64,000 bases of DNA from a virus, in IMG/VR virus record IMGVR_UViG_3300030109_006070, positions 8,030-72,029 of that record; one strand, given 5' to 3'. Positions 9,170-19,807 of this stretch are shown piece after piece. Under the pieces are notes generated by a model that was not told where the DNA came from, did no database searches, and worked only from the letters and a program-made list of their open reading frames with translations. A program made the translations under genes and the position numbers. How positions within the stretch are numbered: the stretch's first letter is position 1; each line of letters starts with the position of its first letter.

Positions 9170-10021
9170 TTATTGGAAGCGATATCTATACTGATCTATG
9201 TCGAAATCGATGAATCCTACATAAAGTTCGTTAGCTAGGACGTTTCTTGTTCTATCGCTTAACTTAGATGTCCTTACCTTTTCTACACAGAATTTAGTTA
9301 CATCTCCATAAGTATCTGCTAATCCTGTGTAATTAAAACTTCCGTCTTTTAAGTCTCCTAGTTCGTCTATTGGGTATCCAGACATCGGTATAGCTGCTAT
9401 GACTTCATCGACAGAATCCATAAAAATAGATATAACTCCATCTAACTGGTAAGTGTCTTCTGCTAATATTACAGCCTTTGCTTGTGTTTTTGTTCTCTGC
9501 ATTCCACCTAAAGCGAAAGGATCGTTTTCAGCTTGGGATACAGACAAAAAGATGGCTGGAACTACATCGTCATATGGCTGTATGTATGTTAGCGGTCCAG
9601 AGGGAATTCTTGAGTTAACAACATATTTGTTTTCTATGATTAAGTCATCCTCTGTGTCATTAGTCAAATAAACACTAAAATCTTTTACTGCGAACTCACC
9701 AGTGACTGTCATGCTTGTGTTTGTCCCAGAAAATAAAGCTCTTCCGTTTTCAAAATCAAAAACTACCCCATTATCTCGCCCAGAAGTGCTAGCGCCCACA
9801 ACTGAAACACCTGTCGGTATTGTAGCTCCCGCGATTGAAGAATCTGTCACCCACTGTTTATATGGGCTACCGTAAGCTAAATATCTAGAATCCAAGCGAG
9901 GATCTTCGTAGTAATATAGCTGTCCAGTTTTATTGCTGTAAGCTTCTCCTTTTGTTAAAAGGAAATTGTCAAACCACAAAAAGAAAGATGTGGTTAATTT
10001 GTGCTGGAATTGTTCTATCAT
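9170..10021 (-). CDS. Putative tail completion/terminator protein
   Basis: 283 aa immediately upstream of the tail tube gene. Confidence 0.45.
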   Translation of the reverse strand: MIEQFQHKLTTSFFLWFDNFLLTKGEAYSNKTGQLYYYEDPRLDSRYLAYGSPYKQWVTDSSIAGATIPTGVSVVGASTSGRDNGVVFDFENGRALFSGTNTSMTVTGEFAVKDFSVYLTNDTEDDLIIENKYVVNSRIPSGPLTYIQPYDDVVPAIFLSVSQAENDPFALGGMQRTKTQAKAVILAEDTYQLDGVISIFMDSVDEVIAAIPMSGYPIDELGDLKDGSFNYTGLADTYGDVTKFCVEKVRTSKLSDRTRNVLANELYVGFIDFDIDQYRYRFQ

Positions 10022-10602
10022 TTCAAATCTTCGAATCTTTTTCTGTATTTTCTAATAAGTGCGGAAATATAAGGTCTATTTTGGAATCTCCCACCTCTCA
10101 CTTTATTTACACGACTTTGGACCGCTGCGCCCGATCTTCCTCCATCTTTCCTTAATAAATAGCCTAATCCTGACAATCCTCTTTCAATTCCCTCTGCCCA
10201 GCTTCTGCCTGTAGCCCACGGCAATGGTGTAATCGCAAAGATATCTTGTGCTGTGGGTAATGAAACTTCGAACTCTACGCCTATGCCTCTCTTTCTAATT
10301 TCTTGTTTATATGTAAGTTGTATATTTTCTAAAGACTGTAAAATAGGGGATATTGGTTGTTCACCCGAATCAAACCCTATAAATGCGAAAAGATTACTAA
10401 CTCCCCCCAATGTCCCGCTTATGTTGCTACCACTGGCTCCTTGCAATATTTCTATTGTAACAGGATCGGATAAAAATTCTTTAATTAATTCGTTTTTAAT
10501 GTTTTTAAATTTGTTTTTTATATCTTTTTCGAAACCTCTCCTTAGTTCTTTGGGGGCTTGTCTTTGCAAGGCTTGTTGCACATCTAGCGGTAATTTTGCC
10601 AT
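10018..10602 (-). CDS. Putative neck protein
   Basis: Likely start MAKLP at 10602; WAEGIERG...RPYI pattern reminiscent of HK97 gp10-like neck proteins. Confidence 0.45.
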   Translation of the reverse strand: MAKLPLDVQQALQRQAPKELRRGFEKDIKNKFKNIKNELIKEFLSDPVTIEILQGASGSNISGTLGGVSNLFAFIGFDSGEQPISPILQSLENIQLTYKQEIRKRGIGVEFEVSLPTAQDIFAITPLPWATGRSWAEGIERGLSGLGYLLRKDGGRSGAAVQSRVNKVRGGRFQNRPYISALIRKYRKRFEDLK

Positions 10603-10603
10603 T

Positions 10604-11071
10604 TTAATCCACAGGGCTAAGAACAAATGTGTAGAATTGATTTGATGTTAATCCTCTTGGTTGCCCATCGCTTTCAATAATAAATTTTGTTCCATCAAAC
10701 TCCACTCTCCTAGCCTCGCTTATATAGTCATACCCAGCTTGCTCTACCACAATTCTTACAGTTCCGTCAGGAACAACTACTTTGTTTTGTGTGCCAGCTT
10801 GATCTGCTGGTCCGTCATCCGTTAAATATGAAGTGTCCATATTATCATAATAGATCCTTGCGCTAAAAGTTTCAGATTCTGTGGTATATTCTACAGAGCT
10901 ATTTGACCCCGTATTAGTTCTTCTATAAAGAGAATTCCAAGAATTATTTGATGCGATTAGCGTTTTCTTTGCGTTTTTATAAACAGTGATAGTCCTAGCA
11001 AAAGTAGTATGCAAGGTCGCAGCTAAATTTTGAACTTTTGTTATTTGGTCTTGTGATAAAAATCCTGCCAT
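10604..11071 (-). CDS. Putative head closure/stopper protein
   Basis: 155 aa beta-rich (RVEFDGTKFII); first gene of the inverted neck-tail block, GTGTAA 8 nt upstream. Confidence 0.45.
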   Translation of the reverse strand: MAGFLSQDQITKVQNLAATLHTTFARTITVYKNAKKTLIASNNSWNSLYRRTNTGSNSSVEYTTESETFSARIYYDNMDTSYLTDDGPADQAGTQNKVVVPDGTVRIVVEQAGYDYISEARRVEFDGTKFIIESDGQPRGLTSNQFYTFVLSPVD

Positions 11072-11115
11072 GTTGATTTTTACACTTTTATTTATATAAT
11101 AAGATAGGATTAAGG

Positions 11116-11403
11116 ATGAACGCTAAAAAAAATTTAGAAGAATTGTCTAATGATGAGATTTCTAGGCTATTCAAAATGATGTTGTATATGGTTGAAGATA
11201 TGAAAAAAGATCATGATTTTCATTATGAAAAGCTCTATAGCCACATCCCTGAAGAATATCATCCCATCATTCAAACCGCCGACCACTTTACCCCTGATAA
11301 AGTAAATTGGATTAGAAAAAGAATTTTGGATTGCGGCAATGAGTCAATTAGAAATTTATGTTCTAGGATTGATAATTATAAAGTAAGTTTTATATTTAAA
11401 TAA
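11116..11403 (+). CDS. Hypothetical protein
   Basis: 95-aa ORF with AAGG upstream of ATG. Confidence 0.55.
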   Translation: MNAKKNLEELSNDEISRLFKMMLYMVEDMKKDHDFHYEKLYSHIPEEYHPIIQTADHFTPDKVNWIRKRILDCGNESIRNLCSRIDNYKVSFIFK

Positions 11404-11414
11404 GGAAAAAGGTT

Positions 11415-12170
11415 ATGGCTTTAAAATCACTATATTCATTTACTCTCGATCAAGAAAAAGAAATCGAGAAAACTCACACTCGTAAAAACAAGAAAACGGG
11501 TGAAGAGACGACTGTAACTAAGAAAGTTAAGGAAAAAGTTCCTGTAGAGGTTTTTATAAAAAGACCCTCTAGGAGACAGTTGGAGGACGCAGAATTAGAA
11601 TATTCTGTAGAAATGAGTCGCTGTGTTAAAAGAGGAATTCTTACCAAAGCTATGCTTTATAAAAAATATAGCGATACAGGCGGTGTTTGGACAGAAGATG
11701 AAGCTAAAGATTATGGCAAGCTCTACAAAGAGACTTTCGAAATTCAGAACGAATACGTTCGCTTAGAGACTGTAGAAAACAAGTCTGAAGAACAAAAAGA
11801 AAAGCTAGAAAAACTCAAAGAAGATCTAGCTATGATTAGAAGAAAAGTTGTGGACGCGGAAACTTCGATGGAGACTCTTTTTAACCACACCGCCGACAAT
11901 AAAGCTCAAAACAGATTATTACTTTGGTATACTTTAATGCTTACTCATGTTCAAGATGAGTCCCAAGAGGAGCCAGTTCCTTATTTTGAGGGTTTAGACT
12001 TTGAAGAAAAAATGGAAGACTATTATACTAAAGAAGATGAGTCTTCTAGTTTCTATGTAGATTTAATCAAAAAAGTGACAACAGTCTTAGCTTTTTGGTT
12101 CTTTAATCAAGCTTCTTCCCCCGAAGAATTCAATAAACTCATTGAAGATGTCGAAAAAGGTGAAGTTTGA
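11415..12170 (+). CDS. Putative tail assembly chaperone
   Basis: Charged helical 251 aa, two genes upstream of the tape measure; AAGGT SD-like site. Confidence 0.5.
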   Translation: MALKSLYSFTLDQEKEIEKTHTRKNKKTGEETTVTKKVKEKVPVEVFIKRPSRRQLEDAELEYSVEMSRCVKRGILTKAMLYKKYSDTGGVWTEDEAKDYGKLYKETFEIQNEYVRLETVENKSEEQKEKLEKLKEDLAMIRRKVVDAETSMETLFNHTADNKAQNRLLLWYTLMLTHVQDESQEEPVPYFEGLDFEEKMEDYYTKEDESSSFYVDLIKKVTTVLAFWFFNQASSPEEFNKLIEDVEKGEV

Positions 12171-13144
12171 AGGAAGAGTTCTACATCTCTCTAATTGGTG
12201 AGGCTTTCGACGGCTATACAGAAGAGCGTCTAGGGGATAGAACCGTTTACATAAAACATGTAAACATAAGAGATCAGAGGTATTTACATAAATACTATGA
12301 AAAGTATAAAAAGAAAGCTTTAGACAAAGGGGTGGAGACCGAAGAGCAGCGAATAAAATACGTTTTAAAAGAAGGTCTCTGGGAAGAAAAAGACGATATG
12401 CAAATCCAATCTTTGGATTTTGAAATAGATAATCTTAAAAAAACTGTCAACCAATTAATATTGGGTTCTCAAAGGCAAAAATATAGAGAAGAGATAGACA
12501 AAAAGACCGAAGAAGTAATTTCTTTAAAAGGTAAAAGAAAAGAAGTTATAGGCAAAACCGCTGAAGATTATGCCACGGCTCGCAGTGGAGATGAAGTGTT
12601 AAGATTTTTATTGTTTAAAAACAAAGAATTAACTGAACATTTTTTCACAGAGTCAGAGTTTGATGATTTGGAAGCTTGGGAGATAGGAGCGTTAACAAAA
12701 ATGCACTCCGACATACAGTCTAGACTTAGCGATAAAATTATACAAGAAGCGGTGTTAAGGCCCTTTTTTAGTATGTATTTATCTCTTTGTGAGGATGCCT
12801 ACGGCTTTTATAGAAAACCTATCACAGAATTGACCATATATCAGTTGAGGGTTGTTTTGTATGGCAGAATGTTTTTTAACATTTTCCAATTTACCGAAGA
12901 TATTCCAGACAATATTAGGGATGATCCTGAAAAGCTTTTAGCTTATTCTGAATCTAAGAAAAATAATAGTAACAATCCTGTCAGAGATGATGCTGCGGGG
13001 TCTGCTGTTTTTGGAGCTACCGATCAAGACGTTAAAGAGTTGGGAGGCACATCGGGTACAGTTTCTTTAACAGAAGAGGCTAAAAAGCATGGTGGCACAC
13101 TAAACATGGAACAAATGATGCGATTAGCTGGGCATGATGTGTAA
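12167..13144 (+). CDS. Putative second tail assembly chaperone
   Basis: 325 aa directly upstream of the tape measure; TTG start overlapping previous stop, AAGGTG upstream. Confidence 0.5.
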   Translation: MKEEFYISLIGEAFDGYTEERLGDRTVYIKHVNIRDQRYLHKYYEKYKKKALDKGVETEEQRIKYVLKEGLWEEKDDMQIQSLDFEIDNLKKTVNQLILGSQRQKYREEIDKKTEEVISLKGKRKEVIGKTAEDYATARSGDEVLRFLLFKNKELTEHFFTESEFDDLEAWEIGALTKMHSDIQSRLSDKIIQEAVLRPFFSMYLSLCEDAYGFYRKPITELTIYQLRVVLYGRMFFNIFQFTEDIPDNIRDDPEKLLAYSESKKNNSNNPVRDDAAGSAVFGATDQDVKELGGTSGTVSLTEEAKKHGGTLNMEQMMRLAGHDV

Positions 13145-13177
13145 ATCTTTGTGTAATTACAATAAAGGTTTACGGTT

Positions 13178-16100
13178 ATGCCAATTCAAGTACCAGTCAC
13201 ACAAACAGGATTAGAAGCCAGCATTGACGCTGCCGCTAAACGTGCGGGTAAAAATCTTAAGATAAATTTAGGCTCAAGCGCCAAAAGTATTGAGGGTTTG
13301 TCCCAGCCTCTTGGCCGAATCACTGGTAAAGCAGATCAGTTTACTAAATCAATGGAGGCGGCTAACGCCCGTGTGTTAGCGTTCGGAGCTTCTGTTGGTG
13401 TCTTGTCAGCAGTCACAAGAGGATTTCAAGATTTAGTCAGAACTACTATCGATGTAGAGAAACGGTTGACGAGTATCAACTCAATACTTGGTGCTAGCGC
13501 TAAACAATTAGATTCATTCAAAAAAACAATTTTTGATGTAGCTAAAAACACAGAGCAATCTTTTGCCGTGGTTGCAGACGCTGCATTAGAATTAAGTCGT
13601 CAAGGTCTAGAAACCGAACAAGTTGTTAAAAGATTAAATGACTCTTTGATTTTATCTCGTTTGTCTGGATTGGGAGCCGCTGAAGCTGTTGCTGGTTTAA
13701 CCGCTGCTATTAACTCTTTCAACAAAGAGGGTGTCACTAGTGCTCAAGTTCTCAACAAATTGTCTGCGGCAGCGGTTTCGGCTGCGGTTTCAGAAAGAGA
13801 TCTTATCGAAGGTATCAAGCGTTCTGGTTCGGTTGCTATCCAAGCTGGTGTTTCATTTGATGAATTAGTCGGTGTTATCACAGCGGTGCAAACAAAGACT
13901 GCCCGAGGCGGTGCTGTTATTGGTAACTCCTTCAAGACGATTTTCACTCGTATACAAAGTTTGGACAAACTGCAAACCATGCAGAATCTTGGCGTTGAAA
14001 TCACAGATTTGTCAGGGAATGTATTAAGTGGTACAAAGTTAATAGAAAATTTAGCAAAAGCTCTTTCTGATGTGCCTGACGCAAGACGGCTACAGATAGC
14101 AGAAAACCTAGTTGGTAAATTCCAAGTCGCCCCATTCTTGGCTATTTTAGATGATTATAATTCTAAAACTTCTAGAGCAATAGAGGTTACTGCGATTTCT
14201 CAAAAAGCAACAACAGAAGCTTACGAACGAAACAAAGCTTTAAATGAAACATTAGCCGCAGCGATAAACTCTACAGTCGTGAGCGTTCAAGAGCTGGCTG
14301 AAACATTAGGAAAAATAGGTGTTACTGATAATTTAAAAGGTATTATTTCTTTTTTCAATAATTTAGTTTCTGGTTTACAAGATATTTTAGATGGAGATGG
14401 AATAGGCAGTAAGTTCGCTAAAGGAATTGTCGCTGGTATAGGTAATGTTATTAGCGGTCCTGGGTTAGCTATATTTGGAGCAATTATTGCCAAGCTTACT
14501 TTTGATTTAGCTAAGTTCGGAGTCGGATCTTTGAATACGTTCTTCGGTCTAAACAGAGCGGCGAAAGAACAAGCGACCTTACAGGGGCAAATAGCTTCTA
14601 CTCTTCTCGGCAATTCTGATATCCAAAAAAGAATTTTAGCTATAGAGAATTCACAACTCTCAACAGAACAAAAAAAAGCAGCTCAAACAAAGTTCTTCAC
14701 AACCGCTTTAAACGAACAATTGGCGGTAATGACTCGTATGCAGCAGATTTCTGCTAGGGTAACTCCTGGAGTTTTTGCTGGGACAAGAGGAGGTAGAGGA
14801 GGAAGAGCCGCTGGAGGATTTATTCCTAACTATAATTCTGTTCTTGGTTATGGCTCTGAACAGGCAGATATAAATCGTGGAGTGGGGGGAGCGCCAAGTT
14901 CAGCAAAACCCGTTGCTATACCTAACTTTAATTTTGGTGGTGGCCGAAAAGGGACAATGGTGGCTAATAGTAGTGAGTTCATGGTTCCTAATTTTGCGGG
15001 AACTGGAGGCTCTGCTATATTTAATCAAGATATGATTGCTTCTATGGGTCTTCCATCTGGAGCGAAAAAGGTTGGCGCGGCTGGAGGATATATTCCTAAT
15101 TTTGCTAAAAGCAAAATGCCCAACAGAGTAGACGCTTCTTCTTACTTTTATTTAGTTCCAAATATGAACGTAAGAGGTAAACCTCTAGGCGAGAGAACTG
15201 TGGATGGACAAAAAATTGGAGGAGGCATAGCGTATGGTTTAAAAAGAGACCAAGTAGCTAAAGTTTCAGACGGAGAAGAAAACCTTTTATCGAAGAATAT
15301 AAGTTCTTCTATTTTTAAAAATACAACAGCTTTTATACAAAAATTAAAACCTTTAGGTAGAGATGTAAGCCAAAGTCAAATAGAAGAAGGATTTGATACG
15401 ACAAGAGGAGCGAAAGGAGCTTTAAGAGGAGCGATAGGAGCGGCCTTTGAAGTCGGCATCACTAAAGCTCTTGATTACAAAGCGGCTATAAGAGAAAAAG
15501 GAGGAGACTTTGATGTAAGAGGTGGTGTTAATTTAGACAGAGTGCGTCAACTATTTGGATTTCCATTTAATCAAAATACGGGAGATTTAAAAGTAGGTAT
15601 AAGTCCAGACAATGTTATAAGTTTTTATAAAAAAGTAATAAAAGAAAGAAGAGCTGGCGTTTTTGGCGTAAAAGAAAAAAAAGCCAACCAAAGGTTATTA
15701 GCCACTCAAGAGGTAAGGAGACAGAGACCAGATCTTTTTAAAGCAGGAACTAATACCCCCTTGTTCCAAACAAGAAATCAAGCAGAAGCCTTAATAAAAG
15801 AAAGACTTCCCTCAATAGGAAGAAGGTTTAATTTCGCTGGTGGATATATACCAAACTTCGCCGCGCCTTTACAAGAGGCGATAGCAAGAGAGTCTGCCGC
15901 AGGTCTTCCAGTTAGTCAGATAAGAATTAATCAAGATGCATCTCTAAGAAATAGCGCCAACCCAATGGGTCTAGCTGTCACTAATACAAGAGACGAGCCT
16001 ACAGGAGCTATACCTAATTTCGCTAAAACTGCTACCCCCGCGCAAGCGAATGATGCTATGGGTGGATTTGTAGGAAAGTTGCTAGCTGTCCAAGTCGGAT

Positions 16101-19100
16101 TTGCTGCTCTAAGCGGAGTATTGGGTCAAGTCACAAATCAAAACAAAGCTCTGGCTATAGGTTTAAATACATTAAATGTAGCGGTCAGCGCCGCTTTTGC
16201 TGCTCAAGCTTTTGGGGGTTTCGGAAAGAGTATTGGAGGCATTACTTCATTTGCAAGAGGAGGACTAGGGAGAGGGATAGCGGGACAAGGTTTCAAAGAT
16301 ATGCTCGCTGCACAACAATTAGGAGGGATGAGCGTGAAAGCCAACAGGGGTAATACTTTACGCGCTGGAGGTAAATTCGTTGGAGGTTCAGCTTTAGCTA
16401 TCGCTGGTCCTTTGGTGGCGGGGACGGCGGCGGCGGTGGGTCTGGCTACAGCTTTTAATGCTCTACAGGGAACGACTAAAATTCTTAATAAGTCTCAAGA
16501 GAGAGTAGCATCTTCAGCTTCAAAAGCGGCAGCGGTACTAGGAGGATTACAAGCCGATGAAGATGCGAAGGATAGATTTGTAGATAGTAGGTCTGGAGCA
16601 GGGGAAGCTATAGCTACAAAATTTTTAGATAAGACTTTAGTCAGTGGGCTTTTTGAAGAAGGCAAACAGTTCAAAAATCTTTCTACTGCAATTGACACAG
16701 CGTTACAAAGAGGCGCTACCGAGTCAGAAATAGATAAGCTTTTGACTGGACTCAAAGAAGAAACAGGAACAGACTTTTTCAATCTTAAATTAGGAAAAGG
16801 AGGGGGTATAGGATTTGGAAATATTACAACTATCGATAGTAATGAGTTATCTGAATTAAGTAAAGTAATTTCTCGTTTAGGAGAGGCTGATCTCGGTAAG
16901 CGATTCAAAGATATAACCGAAGGTTTAACTGAAGAACAAAGACAAGGTTTGATATCTGGAGATGCAGCCACGATTGCACAAGTAACCAAGCAAACAGGGG
17001 AGGGTGGTAAAACACAATTAAGCCAAGATGCTATAAAGTTGCTAGGGGCAGATTTAAAAGCTGTAGAAGCGGAAAGAGATAAGACTATTGAAAAAGAAAA
17101 GCAGAAAAGAATAGATCAAATAAGATCTGACGTAGCTAAATCACAGCTTTCTTCAGAAATAAATTTAGCTAAAATAAGAGCAGAGGCTATCTCTAGGGAT
17201 GAAATAACCCTAAAAAGAAATGAATTTTTAAATAATCTTAGTGAAGTTCAAAAACAACAAATACAACAAAGAATTTCTCTGAAACAAATAGAGAGCGATA
17301 TAGACGGAAAAATTGCAGATACACTAGTCAAGCAAATTGAAAATATCGAAAACCTAACTTTGGATTCAGAAAAGCAAACAGAGCTTAGAGATAAGTTGGC
17401 TAAATTGTCTTTAGAAGAGTTAGCTTCTCAAGAAAAAGTTAAAGAAGTTTTAGGTGATATATTTGATTTATCTAAAAGAACACCTAAAGAACAAGAGGCT
17501 CTTCGTAAAGGTATAGATGGCGGTGTAGCTGCATTAAGAGCCGAAAGAAAATTAAGAAAAGAGAATTTAAAACTTTCTACTGATGTAGGAATAGCTGATG
17601 CTAAGAGAGCGCAAGATCTTGCTTCCGCGATATCTGCGGCGAGAAGAGAGAATCTAGATAGTTCTAGAACTAGAGAGTTTGATAGGGTTGGAAGATTAGG
17701 TCAAATACAATTAGAAAGAGGAACATTAAATCCAAACTTATCTCCTACCGCTAGAGCAAGAGCGGAAACAGGATTTGTAGCTAGAGAGGGAGAAATTGCT
17801 GTACAAGCGGCAGAAGATAAAGCTGTAGATGAGACAAAAGAAGCAATAATAGAGCTTTCTAATGAGATGAAAAACAAAAATCTTAAAAAAGAATTCGAAG
17901 GTCTCTTAGAAGTGTTAAAATTGTTTGGTCCTGATGTATTAGGACCAGTTAGAGTTAGATTGGCAACAATAGCAGAAGAAGCTTTTATATCTGGAGAGAA
18001 GTCAGACAGAATACCTCTACCAGATTCGGTTTTTATGACTCAACCTCAAAAAGATAAATTAAAAGATGAAGCCAACGAAGTCAAACAAAGAGAAAGGAGC
18101 GTAAAAGGCGCGAAGGATCAAAGAGATATTAATAATGAGTTAGCTGAATCTCAAGAAAGAGTAGCAGATGGATTTAAGTCTTACAGTATTCTATTAAGAG
18201 ATTTTACAATAAGCTTGAGGCAGCAAGCCGAACAATTAAAAGTAGATTTAATTACAGCGCGAGATGGTGCTGCTATTTTATCTAATATAAACGAACAGTT
18301 ATTTACTAATCAAGCTAGAGGGGGTGGCGCTCGCGGGACCGCTAATGCTGCTACAGAGGCAGCTCTTACAGGATTGAGAGATCAAGCGTTTTTAGCTGGA
18401 TCTAGCAGAGAAGCTAGAGGGTTTACTAGACAAATAGATATAGTTAGAGAGCAGCTCACGCTAAAAGCAAAATTTGTTGAATTACAAAAAGATGAAGTAG
18501 CGAATGAAAAAGAGTTAGGAATACTTAAACAACAAATTCTAGAATTAGAAAAACAAAGATTAGAGGTCAACGATAGTCTCACTGCGAAACTGGAAGATGC
18601 TTTCTTGTTTTCAGAAAAAGACATACAAAACAAATTAACCGACAACTTGGTTTCTGGTGCTAGAGAATTTGCCACCACAATCGGTGACGGTATGGCTGAC
18701 GCTATAGCAAAAGGTGAAAACTTAGGAGATATTCTTCGTCAAGCAGCCGCAGACTTTTTCCTAGGGCAAGCTAAAAGTCAGTTTGGGGCAGGTCTTGATC
18801 GAATAACATCAACATTATTCCGTAATAGTGGTGGCCCTGTAGTCGGAGGCTCGGGGGCTAGAGATGATGTGCCAGCTCTTTTGACAGGGGGAGAATATGT
18901 CATGAGAAAAAGCGCTGTCCAAAAATTTGGACCTAGATTTATGGAGGCTATAAATTCTGGTCAGATTCCAGCTTTTAATAGGGGAGGTTTATTTACCCCA
19001 GGGACATTCGGGCAGGGAGCAATGCGTGGCAAACGGTCATTATTAGATTTCGCTACTCAATCATTTACTACGGGAGCGATGGACACAATTTCAGGGGGAG

Positions 19101-19807
19101 CAGGATTTGCATCTATTGCTCTAGAACCTCAAAGCGCGGCTCTCACAATGTTTGGAAGGAGAAATAGTCCTCAATTCCAAAGAGAGCAAGCTTCCAAAAA
19201 TAAAGCCTTTGACCTTTACAAGAGACAAATAGATAAAGAGAAACAAGCAAGAGAGAGTGGTTCGGGTCTTAGTTCAATATTAAAAAATTCTTTATTAGCT
19301 TTTGGCGTTGGATCTTTATTTAATATGGGAACAGCAGGATTAGGTGGCAAAGGGAGCGCACCTAGAGGCATACCTGTTAATCCAGACGGGACAGACATGA
19401 ACTTCTTACAAAGGTTGATGTTGCCATTTAAAAGAGCTACTGGAGGAGCCATTCCTTATGCGGCAGGAATTGATACTGTGCCCACTATGTTATCAGGGGG
19501 AGAGTTTATTATGAATGCAGCCGCCACACAGAGAGTAGGAAGGGGAACCCTTTCTTCTATAAATTCTGGAGGTGGAGGAGGAGGTAATGGAGAGGTTATA
19601 GGAAGACTGGATGAGTTAATTTCTGTTTCAGAAAATAGCGGAGAAACAACTATAAACATTACTGTAAATTCTGATGGCTCATCAAGTGAAGGTGGAAACG
19701 GGAGCGAAGAAGAAACAAATCTAGCCACTAGGATAAGAGATGTAGTTAAGCAGGTTATTGATGATGAGAAGAGGCTAGGGGGATCTTTAAGACAAGCTAG
19801 AGCATAA
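13178..19807 (+). CDS. Tail tape measure protein
   Basis: 2209 aa, Ala/Gly-rich helical; TP901-type N-domain (GGAVIGNSFKTIFTRI); C-terminal DxVPxxLxGGE motifs. Confidence 0.9.
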   Translation: MPIQVPVTQTGLEASIDAAAKRAGKNLKINLGSSAKSIEGLSQPLGRITGKADQFTKSMEAANARVLAFGASVGVLSAVTRGFQDLVRTTIDVEKRLTSINSILGASAKQLDSFKKTIFDVAKNTEQSFAVVADAALELSRQGLETEQVVKRLNDSLILSRLSGLGAAEAVAGLTAAINSFNKEGVTSAQVLNKLSAAAVSAAVSERDLIEGIKRSGSVAIQAGVSFDELVGVITAVQTKTARGGAVIGNSFKTIFTRIQSLDKLQTMQNLGVEITDLSGNVLSGTKLIENLAKALSDVPDARRLQIAENLVGKFQVAPFLAILDDYNSKTSRAIEVTAISQKATTEAYERNKALNETLAAAINSTVVSVQELAETLGKIGVTDNLKGIISFFNNLVSGLQDILDGDGIGSKFAKGIVAGIGNVISGPGLAIFGAIIAKLTFDLAKFGVGSLNTFFGLNRAAKEQATLQGQIASTLLGNSDIQKRILAIENSQLSTEQKKAAQTKFFTTALNEQLAVMTRMQQISARVTPGVFAGTRGGRGGRAAGGFIPNYNSVLGYGSEQADINRGVGGAPSSAKPVAIPNFNFGGGRKGTMVANSSEFMVPNFAGTGGSAIFNQDMIASMGLPSGAKKVGAAGGYIPNFAKSKMPNRVDASSYFYLVPNMNVRGKPLGERTVDGQKIGGGIAYGLKRDQVAKVSDGEENLLSKNISSSIFKNTTAFIQKLKPLGRDVSQSQIEEGFDTTRGAKGALRGAIGAAFEVGITKALDYKAAIREKGGDFDVRGGVNLDRVRQLFGFPFNQNTGDLKVGISPDNVISFYKKVIKERRAGVFGVKEKKANQRLLATQEVRRQRPDLFKAGTNTPLFQTRNQAEALIKERLPSIGRRFNFAGGYIPNFAAPLQEAIARESAAGLPVSQIRINQDASLRNSANPMGLAVTNTRDEPTGAIPNFAKTATPAQANDAMGGFVGKLLAVQVGFAALSGVLGQVTNQNKALAIGLNTLNVAVSAAFAAQAFGGFGKSIGGITSFARGGLGRGIAGQGFKDMLAAQQLGGMSVKANRGNTLRAGGKFVGGSALAIAGPLVAGTAAAVGLATAFNALQGTTKILNKSQERVASSASKAAAVLGGLQADEDAKDRFVDSRSGAGEAIATKFLDKTLVSGLFEEGKQFKNLSTAIDTALQRGATESEIDKLLTGLKEETGTDFFNLKLGKGGGIGFGNITTIDSNELSELSKVISRLGEADLGKRFKDITEGLTEEQRQGLISGDAATIAQVTKQTGEGGKTQLSQDAIKLLGADLKAVEAERDKTIEKEKQKRIDQIRSDVAKSQLSSEINLAKIRAEAISRDEITLKRNEFLNNLSEVQKQQIQQRISLKQIESDIDGKIADTLVKQIENIENLTLDSEKQTELRDKLAKLSLEELASQEKVKEVLGDIFDLSKRTPKEQEALRKGIDGGVAALRAERKLRKENLKLSTDVGIADAKRAQDLASAISAARRENLDSSRTREFDRVGRLGQIQLERGTLNPNLSPTARARAETGFVAREGEIAVQAAEDKAVDETKEAIIELSNEMKNKNLKKEFEGLLEVLKLFGPDVLGPVRVRLATIAEEAFISGEKSDRIPLPDSVFMTQPQKDKLKDEANEVKQRERSVKGAKDQRDINNELAESQERVADGFKSYSILLRDFTISLRQQAEQLKVDLITARDGAAILSNINEQLFTNQARGGGARGTANAATEAALTGLRDQAFLAGSSREARGFTRQIDIVREQLTLKAKFVELQKDEVANEKELGILKQQILELEKQRLEVNDSLTAKLEDAFLFSEKDIQNKLTDNLVSGAREFATTIGDGMADAIAKGENLGDILRQAAADFFLGQAKSQFGAGLDRITSTLFRNSGGPVVGGSGARDDVPALLTGGEYVMRKSAVQKFGPRFMEAINSGQIPAFNRGGLFTPGTFGQGAMRGKRSLLDFATQSFTTGAMDTISGGAGFASIALEPQSAALTMFGRRNSPQFQREQASKNKAFDLYKRQIDKEKQARESGSGLSSILKNSLLAFGVGSLFNMGTAGLGGKGSAPRGIPVNPDGTDMNFLQRLMLPFKRATGGAIPYAAGIDTVPTMLSGGEFIMNAAATQRVGRGTLSSINSGGGGGGNGEVIGRLDELISVSENSGETTINITVNSDGSSSEGGNGSEEETNLATRIRDVVKQVIDDEKRLGGSLRQARA

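Noticed and set aside
12140-12180. Lambda G/GT-type -1 frameshift between the two tail chaperone genes
   Set aside because: The second ORF is in the -1 frame, but that frame has a TGA just after the GAAAAAG run, and a TTG start with AAGGTG upstream explains it as a separate gene.
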